From NCBI GenBank assembly GCA_003056265.1, contig NBVN01000002.1:540001-572000 (forward strand): a stretch of DNA of 32,000 nucleotides. The letters run 5' to 3'. Of this stretch, positions 15,852-25,060 are shown piece by piece (position 1 is the stretch's first letter; each line of letters begins with the position of its first letter). Source of the DNA: Zestosphaera tikiterensis (GTDB taxonomy: Archaea; Thermoproteota; Thermoprotei_A; Sulfolobales; NBVN01). The translations under genes and the position numbers were made by a program. The notes under the pieces were generated by a model. It did no database searches and had not been told where the DNA came from. It saw only the letters and a list, made by a program, of their open reading frames with translations.

Positions 15852-16856
15852 TCAACTTCTAATCACAGGTATGCTTCCAAACCTAGCTATATGAACCTCC
15901 TGAAGGCTTTCTTCAACAGGTATTAACCTAATACCTAAAGACCTCTTCTTAACTTCATAAGCCGCGAGAACATCGTTAAACACCCCCTTTATTAAGTTCC
16001 TATCGGCTGGTAAGGCAACCATGTCAACACCTACTAAGCAGTATGCCGTTAGAAACGTTAAATCACTTAGTTTAAGCTCGTTAGTCCTAACTAAGTTCAT
16101 TAACGTTAGATCCTCACCTACTGGAAGCATTACTTCGTTGAAGCCCAGCGTTGGTATGTTAGCTAGTTCAACGGATTTAACTATTAAGTCGTTTAATTTT
16201 TTAAGTCCTGAAGCCGACCCCGGCTTAGGGAACTTGATTTTTGATAACTTCTCTATTAAAGGAACTACGGACTCCTCCATCCACGGCGATATAGAAGCGT
16301 CAACGCCTAAGTAATCAACCCCAGCGGACTTAACTGAGTGACTTACTAAATCACTTACTTTCTTAAGGGTTGACGCTATCCTCACCTCCGGATCCTCCGT
16401 AGCTAACGCTGAGGCGTAAGTGTCTACATACCTTAACGCTATCGACACACCATCCCTAAACGCCGTTGATAGGGGGTAGTACGGAGTTTCAACGTAATCC
16501 CCTATAGCAAAACCTAAACGTGTAGCGACGTCATACCCGTAAGTCCTCACTAAGTTTAACAACACATCAACAGCTTCATCAACTCCTGAGTAATCCTTCA
16601 GTAATATCGAAGCAAAGGAGTTAGGGCATTTCATGACGTTACGTAAGTATTCGTAGTTAAGATCCTCAACCGAGGTCTGATAAGTTGAGAATAGATACTT
16701 ACTTGTGCATAACCACTTAAGAAGCTCCTCACCTACGTCGTTAGAGGATATGGTGACTCTAACCGTCCAAGGAGTTAAACCAACTTCACTTAACTTACTC
16801 ACAACACCGTTGACGACTTCAACGACTTCACTAGATTTTGGCGGGTTGACGTACAT
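15852..16856 (-). CDS. DUF711 / UPF0210-family protein
   Basis: Contains ...LGFNEVMLPVGEDLTLMNL...AYCLVGVDMVALPAD...LGIRLIP..., matching the conserved C-terminal core of DUF711. The track ORF extends to 16937, but that extension overlaps tRNA-Leu. ATG 16856 has a TATA-like GTTTAAGG about 30 nt upstream. Confidence 0.55.
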   Translation of the reverse strand: MYVNPPKSSEVVEVVNGVVSKLSEVGLTPWTVRVTISSNDVGEELLKWLCTSKYLFSTYQTSVEDLNYEYLRNVMKCPNSFASILLKDYSGVDEAVDVLLNLVRTYGYDVATRLGFAIGDYVETPYYPLSTAFRDGVSIALRYVDTYASALATEDPEVRIASTLKKVSDLVSHSVKSAGVDYLGVDASISPWMEESVVPLIEKLSKIKFPKPGSASGLKKLNDLIVKSVELANIPTLGFNEVMLPVGEDLTLMNLVRTNELKLSDLTFLTAYCLVGVDMVALPADRNLIKGVFNDVLAAYEVKKRSLGIRLIPVEESLQEVHIARFGSIPVIRS

Positions 16857-16909
16857 GAACGTTAACGCACGGATTAACACCACCTTAAACACCTCACTCA
16901 CTTCATGTT

Positions 16910-17022
16910 TGGTGCGGGGGGTGGGATTCGAACCCACGCAGGCCTACGCCAGCGGGTCTCACACTCTTAACATGCCGGAGGACTTGAGCCCGCCCCCTTT
17001 GACCGAGCTCGGGCACCCCCGC
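16910..17022 (-). tRNA. tRNA-Leu (anticodon CAA) with a 25-nt intron 3' of position 37, long variable arm, CCA encoded
   Basis: The minus strand reads GCGGGGG-TG-CCCGAGCTCGGTCAAAGGGG-GCGGG-CTCAAG[TCCTCCGGCATGTTAAGAGTGTGAG]A-CCCGC-TGGCGTAGGCCTGC-GTGGG-TTCGAAT-CCCAC-CCCCCGC-A-CCA. Confidence 0.9.
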
Positions 17023-17042
17023 CCATTAAGTAAACGTAATAA

Positions 17043-17051
17043 CTATTTTAA
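17043..17051 (-). promoter_or_regulatory. TATA box for tRNA-Leu
   Basis: The minus strand reads TTAAAATAG, 21-29 nt upstream of the tRNA 5' end. Confidence 0.45.
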
Positions 17052-17243
17052 GTTTTCGTAGGTTTTCATGTTTTGTGAGGTCCCAGTCGCTCCATCTACA
17101 TCATCACTTCAGCGGAGTTTTCAGGTCATCCCCAATCAATTAACTTACTGCGGTAATTAAATCGTTTTTAAGTGGTTGCGTTAATTAGCTTAGGTTGATG
17201 TGCTACGTCTAAGAAGGGTTTATGCGAGGTATGTGAGGTTGAG

Positions 17244-17492
17244 GTGGCTGTAGCTAAATGTAGGTTGTGTGGGAGGGAAGTGTGTAGAAAGCATTTAGGG
17301 GGTAGGGGGTATTGCGTTGTTTGCGAGGATTTGATGTGTAGGGTATGTGGTGAGAGGCTTTCAGTAACTTCATGTGTTTACTGCGGTAAGCTCGTATGTA
17401 GGGAGTGTTCTATCGAGGTGGAGCCTGGTATACGGGCTTGCTTAGATTGCTACGTAAGGTATGGAGGGAAGCGTTTTAAAACACGTACTTAA
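17244..17492 (+). CDS. Cys-rich zinc-finger mini-protein (seven CxxC pairs in 82 aa)
   Basis: Contains CRLCG..VC, CVVCEDLMCRVCG, CVYCGKLVCRECS and CLDC. GTG start. Confidence 0.5.
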   Translation: MAVAKCRLCGREVCRKHLGGRGYCVVCEDLMCRVCGERLSVTSCVYCGKLVCRECSIEVEPGIRACLDCYVRYGGKRFKTRT

Positions 17493-17536
17493 CTTAAGTA
17501 TTCAAGCGTTTTCAGTTAAGTCAAGCTTTTAAGTTT

Positions 17537-18085
17537 TTGCTTGAATTTCCTATAAGTGGTGATGCGATGTTTGAACGTGGTTTGAACGTAGTTAAAGCGG
17601 CTTTGAAGAACTATGAGGAGATGAAGTCTAGAGAGATCCACTCGTTCCCAGTCGTTAAGATGCCTGCCTTAGCTACTTTAGGTGAGGTCTTAATTAAGGT
17701 TGAATCTCTTTTAAACCGCCTAACCAACATAGAGAAGGCCGTAGAGAGAAGCGGTTCAGTAGGGAAATTCTGCGGTGGTTGGATCTACGTTAAGGAAGCA
17801 AGCTTAACAACGGCTACACACCTCAACGACTTACTTACAGTGAGCTTCGACGAAGGAACGAACACAGTTAAATTAAGTAATAAACACGTATCTATAGCTA
17901 TAGACACTTCCAGCGTAACCGTAAGGTATAGAAACTACGTAGTTAAAACGTCAATCTTAAGTAAGGACGACGTAATTCAAAACGCTGAAGTCATTAAAGC
18001 AGTAACTTCAGACATACTTAACTTAATCAATAAACTAAACCTACGTATAGAAACCTGCAGTAAAAGACTTGGAATACCTCATTAA
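17537..18085 (+). CDS. Hypothetical protein
   Basis: 182-aa ORF with a TTG start; ATG at codon 11 is an alternative. No recognisable motif. Confidence 0.4.
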   Translation: MLEFPISGDAMFERGLNVVKAALKNYEEMKSREIHSFPVVKMPALATLGEVLIKVESLLNRLTNIEKAVERSGSVGKFCGGWIYVKEASLTTATHLNDLLTVSFDEGTNTVKLSNKHVSIAIDTSSVTVRYRNYVVKTSILSKDDVIQNAEVIKAVTSDILNLINKLNLRIETCSKRLGIPH

Positions 18086-18098
18086 AACTATTTTTAAA

Positions 18099-18947
18099 CT
18101 ATCTAATCCTATGATGTGGTGTCGTAGGTAAATACTCTACAGCAGGTCTTCTAGCGCTTTCCTGCGGGTAGAGATCCATCAACTCGTAAATCATGCCCGG
18201 TAATTCAGTCTTAACTGGGAGGCCTAACTCCTTAAGCTCTTCAGCTGTTATAGGCCAGTCGTGTGTGTATCTACCCATAACCAGCCTATCGATTACCAAC
18301 TCAACCTTATCTTTAGGTAGCTTACCTTCAAGTAACTTACTCACGAGGTCTTTAGTTTGATTTAAAGCTTTCTCAGCTATATCAGCCAACACTAAAGTCT
18401 CATCGCTAACTTTATCAACGCCTTTCTCACGCACGACCTTTAAGATAGACGGTGCTGGGAGGGAAGTGGATTGAGTGGAGATCTGCGGATCTACAGGGCC
18501 TAAAACAGCGTCTGGATCCATCCAAATCTCGTCGGCGGCTAAAGCTATTAAAGTACCGCCGCTCATTGCGTAATGCGGAACCACAACTATCTTCCTCCCC
18601 GGATGTCTCTTCAAAGCTAGAGCTATTTGAGAAGCGGCAAGCATTAACCCCCCAGGTGTGTGCATCACTAACATAATGCCTTTATCCGGTGGGGTCATCC
18701 TAATAGCTCTTAAGATCTCCTCCGAGTCCTCAATATCTATGAATTTATATATTGGAATTCCAAACAAGCTTATCTTCTCCTGCCTATGTATTAAAGTTAT
18801 TACCTTAGCGTTGAATGCTTTCTCAAGCCTACTTATTATCGAGGCTCTAGCGCTTTTAAGGGATGCGTACCTAATCTGCGGGAATATAAACGTTATGAAT
18901 ATCCATAAGATGAAAAACAACCATAGAAAATCTGTAAAGCCGTCCAA
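18099..18947 (-). CDS. SDH-family ClpP-fold serine protease (membrane-anchored)
   Basis: Has an N-terminal TM segment, then ...LVMHTPGGLMLAASQIALALKRHPGRKIVVVPHYAMSGGTLIALAADEIWMDPDAVLGPVDPQ..., the typical serine dehydrogenase proteinase core. Confidence 0.75.
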   Translation of the reverse strand: MDGFTDFLWLFFILWIFITFIFPQIRYASLKSARASIISRLEKAFNAKVITLIHRQEKISLFGIPIYKFIDIEDSEEILRAIRMTPPDKGIMLVMHTPGGLMLAASQIALALKRHPGRKIVVVPHYAMSGGTLIALAADEIWMDPDAVLGPVDPQISTQSTSLPAPSILKVVREKGVDKVSDETLVLADIAEKALNQTKDLVSKLLEGKLPKDKVELVIDRLVMGRYTHDWPITAEELKELGLPVKTELPGMIYELMDLYPQESARRPAVEYLPTTPHHRIR

Positions 18948-19045
18948 ACATCACACCTAATCATAGTTTATCACTACGTTAATAAACGTTATTAGATTAG
19001 GTATCCTTCTTAGTTTTTATATATTCCTAAAGAATATATCTCTGG

Positions 19046-20050
19046 ATGATGCGTTTGAATAAGGCGGTTGAAGTTAAAAACGTCGTTAAAGTTTATGGGG
19101 GTGTGGTTAGAGCTCTTAACGGTGTTGATTTAGATGTTGATGAAGGCAGTGTTTACGCGTTGTTAGGTCCTAACGGTGCTGGGAAAACAACTTTAATTAG
19201 AGTGATGACTACGCAGTTAAGACCTAATGAAGGTTATGTTAAGGTGTTTGGTTACGACGTCGTTAATCAAGCGTCTAAAGTTAGGGAGTTGATAGGGTAT
19301 GTCCCTCAGGAAGTGTCTTTATGGAGTGATTTAACGGGTTATGAAAACCTGCTTATCTACGCGAAGATATATGGAATACCTAAGGATGTTAGGAAGAGAG
19401 TTGTTGAAGAGGTTTTAGATTTTATGGGTTTGAAGGAAGCGGCTAATAGGCTTGTACGTACTTACTCAGGCGGTATGATTAGAAGGTTGGAAATAGCTTC
19501 CGCCGTCATGGTGAAGCCTAAACTCATGGTTTTAGATGAACCCACTATAGGTTTAGACCCGAGCGCTAGGAAGAGCGTGTGGGAGAGGATAATAAGTTGT
19601 AAAAAGGAATTTGGCGTAACTGTGTTTTTCGCCACGCATTACATGGACGAAGCGGATAAATACGCCGACAGGATATCCTTGATGAGTTCAGGTAAGATAA
19701 TAACTTCAGGAACTCCTGAAGAACTTAAAGCATTGGCTGGTGGGGATAAGGTATTGCTGAAGGTGAGTAACGTGTCTGAAACCTTATCTACGTTAAGTAA
19801 GCTTAACTACGTAGTCGTAAGTAAGGTTAATAACGGTGAGGTAGAGTTTATCGTAAATAGATCTGCTGAGGCCTTACCTAAGGTTTTAAAGGAGTTGATG
19901 AGTAACGGTGTGGAGGTAGATGAGATTAAAATCCATGAGGCTTCCTTAGACGAGGTATTTATAAAACTCACTGGGAGAAGTGCTTTACAGGAAGTGGGTA
20001 GGATTAAAGAGGTCATCAGCGCTAGGCGTATGATTAGGAGGGGTGGTTAA
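19046..20050 (+). CDS. ABC transporter ATP-binding protein (ABC-2 / DrrA-like exporter)
   Basis: Contains Walker A GPNGAGKTT, signature YSGGMIRRL, Walker B LMVLDEPTIGLD and an H-loop ATHYM. Confidence 0.85.
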   Translation: MMRLNKAVEVKNVVKVYGGVVRALNGVDLDVDEGSVYALLGPNGAGKTTLIRVMTTQLRPNEGYVKVFGYDVVNQASKVRELIGYVPQEVSLWSDLTGYENLLIYAKIYGIPKDVRKRVVEEVLDFMGLKEAANRLVRTYSGGMIRRLEIASAVMVKPKLMVLDEPTIGLDPSARKSVWERIISCKKEFGVTVFFATHYMDEADKYADRISLMSSGKIITSGTPEELKALAGGDKVLLKVSNVSETLSTLSKLNYVVVSKVNNGEVEFIVNRSAEALPKVLKELMSNGVEVDEIKIHEASLDEVFIKLTGRSALQEVGRIKEVISARRMIRRGG

Positions 20051-20810
20051 AACGAGTTTTAAGTTAACCCCTATATTCGCTATGGCTGAGATGGAGTTAA
20101 GGAGGTTAAGGCACGACCCCTTAGAAATAGTCACTAGGGCTATACAGCCGATACTTTGGGTGGCTGTTTTCGGGACTGTCATGGCTCGTGTGAGAGCTTT
20201 CCCCTCAGTAGGGGATTACGTGACTTTCATAGCGCCTGGAGTGGTTCTACAGTCATCGACCTTCATAGCTTTAGCATACGGTATAATGCTTGTTTTTGAG
20301 AGGGAGTCTGGAATACTTAAGAAGTTATTGTCTACGCCAATACCTAGGAGTTACATCGTTTTAGGGAGGTCTTTAGCAGGTGCTATCAGAGCTTCAACAC
20401 AGTATGTGATTGTCTTAGCTTCAGCGGCGGCTGTCGGAGCTAGGATAACTAACAACCCAATAAACCTAGTCTTAGGTTATTTAATCCTCACATACTCCTG
20501 CATGGGCTTCACGTCTTTATCTATATTGATAGCCTCAGCCTTGAAAACTAGGGAGAGGTTCATGGGTATAATAGGAGCTATCACAATGCCTTTATTCTTC
20601 GCTAGCAACGCTTTATACCCGTTGGAGGTAATGCCTCCAGCCATTCAAGCGCTTTCCTTGATTAACCCACTAACGTATACGGTTTCAGCCTTAAGAACCC
20701 TCTTAGTGGTTAATACATTCAACATACTTAACGATTTCCTAGCGATTACAGCGTTTGTAGTAGTTTCCATAGCCGCAGCCATGAAGACGTTGAACAGGAT
20801 TATAGAGTGA
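20043..20810 (+). CDS. ABC-2 type transporter permease
   Basis: Six-TM hydrophobic protein that overlaps the ATPase stop by 8 nt. Confidence 0.75.
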   Translation: MVKTSFKLTPIFAMAEMELRRLRHDPLEIVTRAIQPILWVAVFGTVMARVRAFPSVGDYVTFIAPGVVLQSSTFIALAYGIMLVFERESGILKKLLSTPIPRSYIVLGRSLAGAIRASTQYVIVLASAAAVGARITNNPINLVLGYLILTYSCMGFTSLSILIASALKTRERFMGIIGAITMPLFFASNALYPLEVMPPAIQALSLINPLTYTVSALRTLLVVNTFNILNDFLAITAFVVVSIAAAMKTLNRIIE

Positions 20811-20850
20811 CTTAAGCTTTGTGAACTGTATCAAATTAACTCATGACAGC

Positions 20851-20858
20851 TTTTATAT
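20851..20858 (+). promoter_or_regulatory. TATA box of the bioY operon
   Basis: TTTTATAT lies 31-38 nt upstream of the GTG at 20889, consistent with a leaderless or near-leaderless transcript. Confidence 0.4.
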
Positions 20859-20888
20859 GGATGCCGTGGACAGTATATAGGGAAGAAC

Positions 20889-21560
20889 GTGAATAATAGA
20901 ACGTTACTTATGGTGGTTGTTTGCGCGGTTGTTGAGGCGTTTAGCGCACAGCTAAATTTCTACTTAGGGCCTATCCCATACACTTTTCAAAACTTCGGAG
21001 TTGTTTTATCGGGGTTGACGTTACCGCCTAAGTATGCGTTACTTTCGCAACTACTCTACTTAGGTATGGTAGGCTTAGGCATCCCAGCGGCTTCCGGGTT
21101 TAAGGGAGGTATTCACGTGCTTGTAGGCTATACAGCAGGTTATTTATGGGGGTTTCCAATCTCTGCTTTTCTAATGTCTGTTTTATCTAGGAAGTATTTA
21201 CAGGCAAGTAAGGTTAGTTTAGATAAAATACGCGTTAAAGAGTACGTTATCTTAACACTTATTTCCGCGGTTTCAGCAATGCCTGCATACACTTTAGGTT
21301 TTTTAGTGTTTTTCGCTTACGCCACGTTATTCACGCCGAACCTCCTCACATGGAGTTCTTCATTAATTAGGTTTTTAGGCGTTGAAGTTGGGAATCCCGT
21401 CTTAACTTTATTTATCGCTTCAGTCGCGATCTTCATACCTCAGGACGTCTTGATGGATCACTTAATGGCTATACTCACGTCTTCAACGTTGTTAAGGTAT
21501 CTTAAATCGGTAGGTTACTGTAGATCTCAAGACCTTACACTACATGAATGCCTTTCCTAA
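20889..21560 (+). CDS. bioY: BioY biotin transporter (ECF S component)
   Basis: Contains ...PIPYTFQNFGVVLSGLTLPPKYA...GIPAASGFKGG...GYTAGYLWGFP..., matching the BioY signature (P.T.Q.f.v.L.G..Lg...G and TgGyl.gF). Confidence 0.75.
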   Translation: MNNRTLLMVVVCAVVEAFSAQLNFYLGPIPYTFQNFGVVLSGLTLPPKYALLSQLLYLGMVGLGIPAASGFKGGIHVLVGYTAGYLWGFPISAFLMSVLSRKYLQASKVSLDKIRVKEYVILTLISAVSAMPAYTLGFLVFFAYATLFTPNLLTWSSSLIRFLGVEVGNPVLTLFIASVAIFIPQDVLMDHLMAILTSSTLLRYLKSVGYCRSQDLTLHECLS

Positions 21561-21571
21561 CGGTGTTTTAA

Positions 21572-22789
21572 GTGATTAAAGTAACCAACCTTACGGTGAG
21601 GGTTAACGGCTATAAAATCCTCGAGAATTTCAGCATGGACGTTGGTGAAGGTGAGTTAGCTTTAATAACTGGGAATTCAGGAAGCGGTAAGTCTTTAGTG
21701 CTTAAGGTTTTAAGCGGTTTAATCGACGACCTCTACAGAGGGGTTACCTACGAAGGCTTTGTTGAAGTTCACGGTTTAAACCCAGTTGACGCTTGGAGGA
21801 AAGGAATCGTCACATACATACCTCAAGACTTAAGCAATGCCTTAATATCTAGCGACTTACTCAGTGAGCTGAAGGTCTTTAAGGTAAGCCTCCAGAAAAT
21901 ACTTGAATTAACTCGGTTTTTAAGCGGGCGTCTAAACCTAAGCATAGATTTCCACGCCTTATCGGCTGGTCAGAAATTCCTAGCGTTAATATCTACAGCG
22001 ATAGCTCTAGGCTTTAAAGTCATATTAATCGACGAACCTACGTCCTACCTAGACCTAAACAACTTAAGGGACGTTATAACGTTGCTTAAGAAACTAGCTG
22101 GTGAGTTGGGATTAACTATAGTTATAGCTGATAGATCCCCTGACTTAACGCGGTACGTAGATAAGGTGTTCTTACTTGAGAAGGAGGTCTCCTGCAGGCC
22201 TATAGCTTTAAAAGAGGTTGTCGGGGGGTATTTAAACTTCAGCAACGTCTGGTTTAAATACCCTAATTCGCGGGAGTGGGTCTTAAGGGATGTTAACCTA
22301 CGTGTTGAAGCTGGTGAAGTAGCTTTGGTAGTGGGGCCGAACGGGTCTGGCAAGTCAACACTACTTAAAGTTGCTTCTGGAATGTATAAACAGTCTAAAG
22401 GTGAGGTTTTAAAACGTGGGAGGATTTTCTACATACCTCAAGAACCTCTATATTGGATGGCTTTAGACACGGTGGAGGATGAAGTACGTTTCAGGGGTTT
22501 AAACCCAGATTTAATCTCTTCAGCCGGTTTAAACAGTAAGAAGGACGTAAACCCACATGCCTTAAGCGTCGGTGAGGTTAGGAGGCTTTCAATATTCTTA
22601 GCGTATGCTTCAGGATCTCCACTGGTCTTAATAGATGAGGTGAGCTTAGGCTTAGATAAGACTTCATTTACATGTGTTGAGGAGTTGATTGAGGAAGCCT
22701 CCGCTAGAAATATAGCTACGGTAATAACCTCACATAACTTAATTAAAATCAAGCATTCTAAGGTGGTTGCTCTTGACGTTAGTAAGTAA
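21572..22789 (+). CDS. ecfA: Fused tandem ECF-transporter ATPase (EcfA-EcfA'/BioM-like)
   Basis: Has two ABC domains. The first has GNSGSGKS, LSAGQ and ILIDEPTS. The second has GPNGSGKS, LSVGE, VLIDEVSLGLD and SHN. Confidence 0.8.
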   Translation: MIKVTNLTVRVNGYKILENFSMDVGEGELALITGNSGSGKSLVLKVLSGLIDDLYRGVTYEGFVEVHGLNPVDAWRKGIVTYIPQDLSNALISSDLLSELKVFKVSLQKILELTRFLSGRLNLSIDFHALSAGQKFLALISTAIALGFKVILIDEPTSYLDLNNLRDVITLLKKLAGELGLTIVIADRSPDLTRYVDKVFLLEKEVSCRPIALKEVVGGYLNFSNVWFKYPNSREWVLRDVNLRVEAGEVALVVGPNGSGKSTLLKVASGMYKQSKGEVLKRGRIFYIPQEPLYWMALDTVEDEVRFRGLNPDLISSAGLNSKKDVNPHALSVGEVRRLSIFLAYASGSPLVLIDEVSLGLDKTSFTCVEELIEEASARNIATVITSHNLIKIKHSKVVALDVSK

Positions 22790-23423
22790 GTTCGTAGACT
22801 TGGTTTTAACGCCTTTAACAAGCGATTCCTGCTACCTTAAAACCTTAAGCTTTAAAGCTAAAGTTGCTTTAACGTTCGTTGCTGCTGTTATAACGGCTTA
22901 CTTAGACGTTAGTTACTTACTTGCTGTGATGACCTTCTTTACAACGCTTTCAGCAACGCTTAAATGCTTACGTCGTTACTTAACTTCATTAATTGCGGCA
23001 ACACCCTTTAACTTCATATATCTCATGTTAAGTAGTGGGATTCAGCTAATGGTTTTAGGTACTGTAGATCTTAAGCAGACTTTAACAATCGTTTTAAGGA
23101 TTTACGTGTTGGTTGGATTAACAGCGCTTTTCATCTATACAACGCCGCCAGCTAAAGTTATTGAGGAGTTCAACAGTAGCTTCTTAAGGAATACCTTCTT
23201 AAGCTTAATCATCGCGTTAAATGTCTTTAAGATAGCCCTCATTAATTTTAGGGAGGCTTACCACATAATCAGCTTAAATTACGTGGGTTTAAAGAGGTAT
23301 AGAAGATACTCACTCCTTCTGAAGCTAGTTGTTTTGCATACCGTGTCTAAAGCTTTAACTTATTTAGAGTTATTAAGTCAGAAGTTAAGTCGTGTTAGGA
23401 TAGGTGATTTAACTTATGAGTAA
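22767..23423 (+). CDS. ecfT: ECF transporter transmembrane T component (EcfT/CbiQ/BioN-like)
   Basis: Multi-TM protein that overlaps both the ATPase and birA genes. The call rests mainly on position in the operon. Confidence 0.6.
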   Translation: MLLTLVSKFVDLVLTPLTSDSCYLKTLSFKAKVALTFVAAVITAYLDVSYLLAVMTFFTTLSATLKCLRRYLTSLIAATPFNFIYLMLSSGIQLMVLGTVDLKQTLTIVLRIYVLVGLTALFIYTTPPAKVIEEFNSSFLRNTFLSLIIALNVFKIALINFREAYHIISLNYVGLKRYRRYSLLLKLVVLHTVSKALTYLELLSQKLSRVRIGDLTYE

Positions 23424-24387
23424 CTCTGCTGAGGTTCTTAAGGAGGTTCTTAAGTATTTAGAGGTTAGGAAAGGTTCTTACGTCTCCGGTTCTGAGTTAG
23501 CTGAGGTTTTAGGAGTGTCTAGATCTACAGTTAATAAGTATGTGTTAAGGCTTAAGGATTTAGGTTACGTTATAGAATCGCATCCTAAGTTTGGTTATAG
23601 GTTAGTTAACGCTGACGATTTAAGTCTTGCTAATGCTTACTTACGTGATTTACGTACTGACATAAGCTTTAAGGTTGTTTACGTTAGGAGATGCGACTCC
23701 ACTCAAGACGTTGCTGAGCAACTCGCTAGTCAAGGTGTTGAGGAGGGTTTAGTAGTCGTTGCTGAAGAGCTTACGTCGGGTAGGGGTAGGTTAGGCAGGA
23801 GGTGGGTTGCTAACGAAGGCGGGCTTTACTTCACAGTGGTTTTAAGGCCGAGGTACGTTAGAGGTCTTCAACTGCTTTCCTTTGCTGCTGGAGTTGCCGT
23901 AGCTGAGGCTTTGAAAGGTTTACATAATGTAGACGTTAAGCTTAAATGGCCTAACGACGTCCTACTTAATGAAAAGAAGGTAGCTGGGATTTTAATCGAG
24001 GCTAAAGCCGAAGCAGATAAGGTGAGGTATGTCTTGCTGGGGGTCGGTGTAAACGTTAATAACGAGTTGCCGGAAGACCTTCGGGAAACGGCGATTACTT
24101 TAAAGGAGTTCCTAGGTAAGTCAGTTGATCGAGTGCCTATACTTAGGGGTTTTCTAAAGAATCTCGACACGCTCTACAAACACTTGAGAGCAGGGGAGTA
24201 CGATAAAGTGATTAAGTCTTGGAAGGGTTTAAGCACTACTTTAGGTAGGTATGTTAAAGCAGTAACTGTTGATGGTAAGGAGATTTTAGGTAGGGCTGTT
24301 GACGTAGATTTAAACGGGTCTTTAATAATAGAGTCAAGCGTTGGTAGAGTTAAACTTGAAGCCGGCGATGTTTACCACCTACGTTGA
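23416..24387 (+). CDS. birA: Bifunctional biotin-protein ligase / biotin operon repressor BirA
   Basis: Has an N-terminal wHTH (...GSELAEVLGVSRSTVNKYVLRLKDLGY...), the catalytic GRGRLGRRW motif and KWPNDV. Confidence 0.85.
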   Translation: MSNSAEVLKEVLKYLEVRKGSYVSGSELAEVLGVSRSTVNKYVLRLKDLGYVIESHPKFGYRLVNADDLSLANAYLRDLRTDISFKVVYVRRCDSTQDVAEQLASQGVEEGLVVVAEELTSGRGRLGRRWVANEGGLYFTVVLRPRYVRGLQLLSFAAGVAVAEALKGLHNVDVKLKWPNDVLLNEKKVAGILIEAKAEADKVRYVLLGVGVNVNNELPEDLRETAITLKEFLGKSVDRVPILRGFLKNLDTLYKHLRAGEYDKVIKSWKGLSTTLGRYVKAVTVDGKEILGRAVDVDLNGSLIIESSVGRVKLEAGDVYHLR

Positions 24388-24468
24388 AATCTCTAAACGC
24401 TTAGAAAGATTGAAGCGGTTACGTTTAAAGCTAAATTAACCTCATCAACATAATCTTAAACGTTTACG

Positions 24469-24966
24469 GTGGTTGAGATGAGTGAATGTTTAAACTTCCC
24501 GGATGAGGTAAGGACGCACACGGCTTTACATATTATTAAAGGAGCTGTAGTTAAAGTCTTAGGTGAGGGTTCTTTATGGACTGCCTCCACCTACGTGTCT
24601 GGAAAGCATGGAAGACTTACCGTGACCTGCCAATCCAAACCATCAGATGATGAAATTAAGAGAATAGAAGCTTTAGCAAACGCTAAAGTTGAGGAGGACT
24701 TAACTATAGAGCGTATTGTCATACCTAGAGAGGAAGCTGAGAAGACATACGGTCAGATAATATACGACTTATTCCCAATCCCGCAGGAGGTTAGGGAGTT
24801 AACTATAGTGATAGTTAAGGATAGGGATGGAAGCATATGGAATATCAACGCATGTAATAAAGAACACCTCCCATCAAGTAAGTGCGTGGGTAAGATAGCG
24901 TTAGAAAAACCTAGGTTTAGAGCATCTAAAAAACTTCTTGAACTTCCCTTCAATATCGAACCTTAA
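24469..24966 (+). CDS. alaX: AlaX-S type alanyl-tRNA editing protein (SAD domain)
   Basis: Contains the HTALHII (HxxxH) and CNKEH (CxxxH) zinc motifs in a ~160-aa protein. GTG start; ATG 24478 is an alternative. Confidence 0.75.
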   Translation: MVEMSECLNFPDEVRTHTALHIIKGAVVKVLGEGSLWTASTYVSGKHGRLTVTCQSKPSDDEIKRIEALANAKVEEDLTIERIVIPREEAEKTYGQIIYDLFPIPQEVRELTIVIVKDRDGSIWNINACNKEHLPSSKCVGKIALEKPRFRASKKLLELPFNIEP

Positions 24967-25060
24967 CAAGCAATTTAACAATTCCTACTCTAGCTAGCTT
25001 TTAGTTCATCACTCAGGTATATTAACTATGTAATTAAGATTATAGTTAGGTGTTTAAAAA

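Noticed and set aside
17045-17140. Minus-strand GTGATGA (C-box-like, about 17099-17107) flanked by CTGA motifs upstream of tRNA-Leu
   Set aside because: The CTGA motifs lie upstream of the C-like box. No D box occurs at the expected ~12 nt and ~50 nt spacing downstream. The layout does not fit a C/D sRNA.
17153-17187. TAATTAA / TTAATTA inverted repeat in the tRNA-Leu / zinc-finger intergenic region
   Set aside because: It is a pure A/T 7-mer, so it has low information content and is expected by chance.
24995-25030. Minus-strand CTGA directly followed by GTGATGA between alaX and the Cys-ORF
   Set aside because: No matching C box lies upstream or D box downstream at guide-length spacing (CTAG instead of CTGA).
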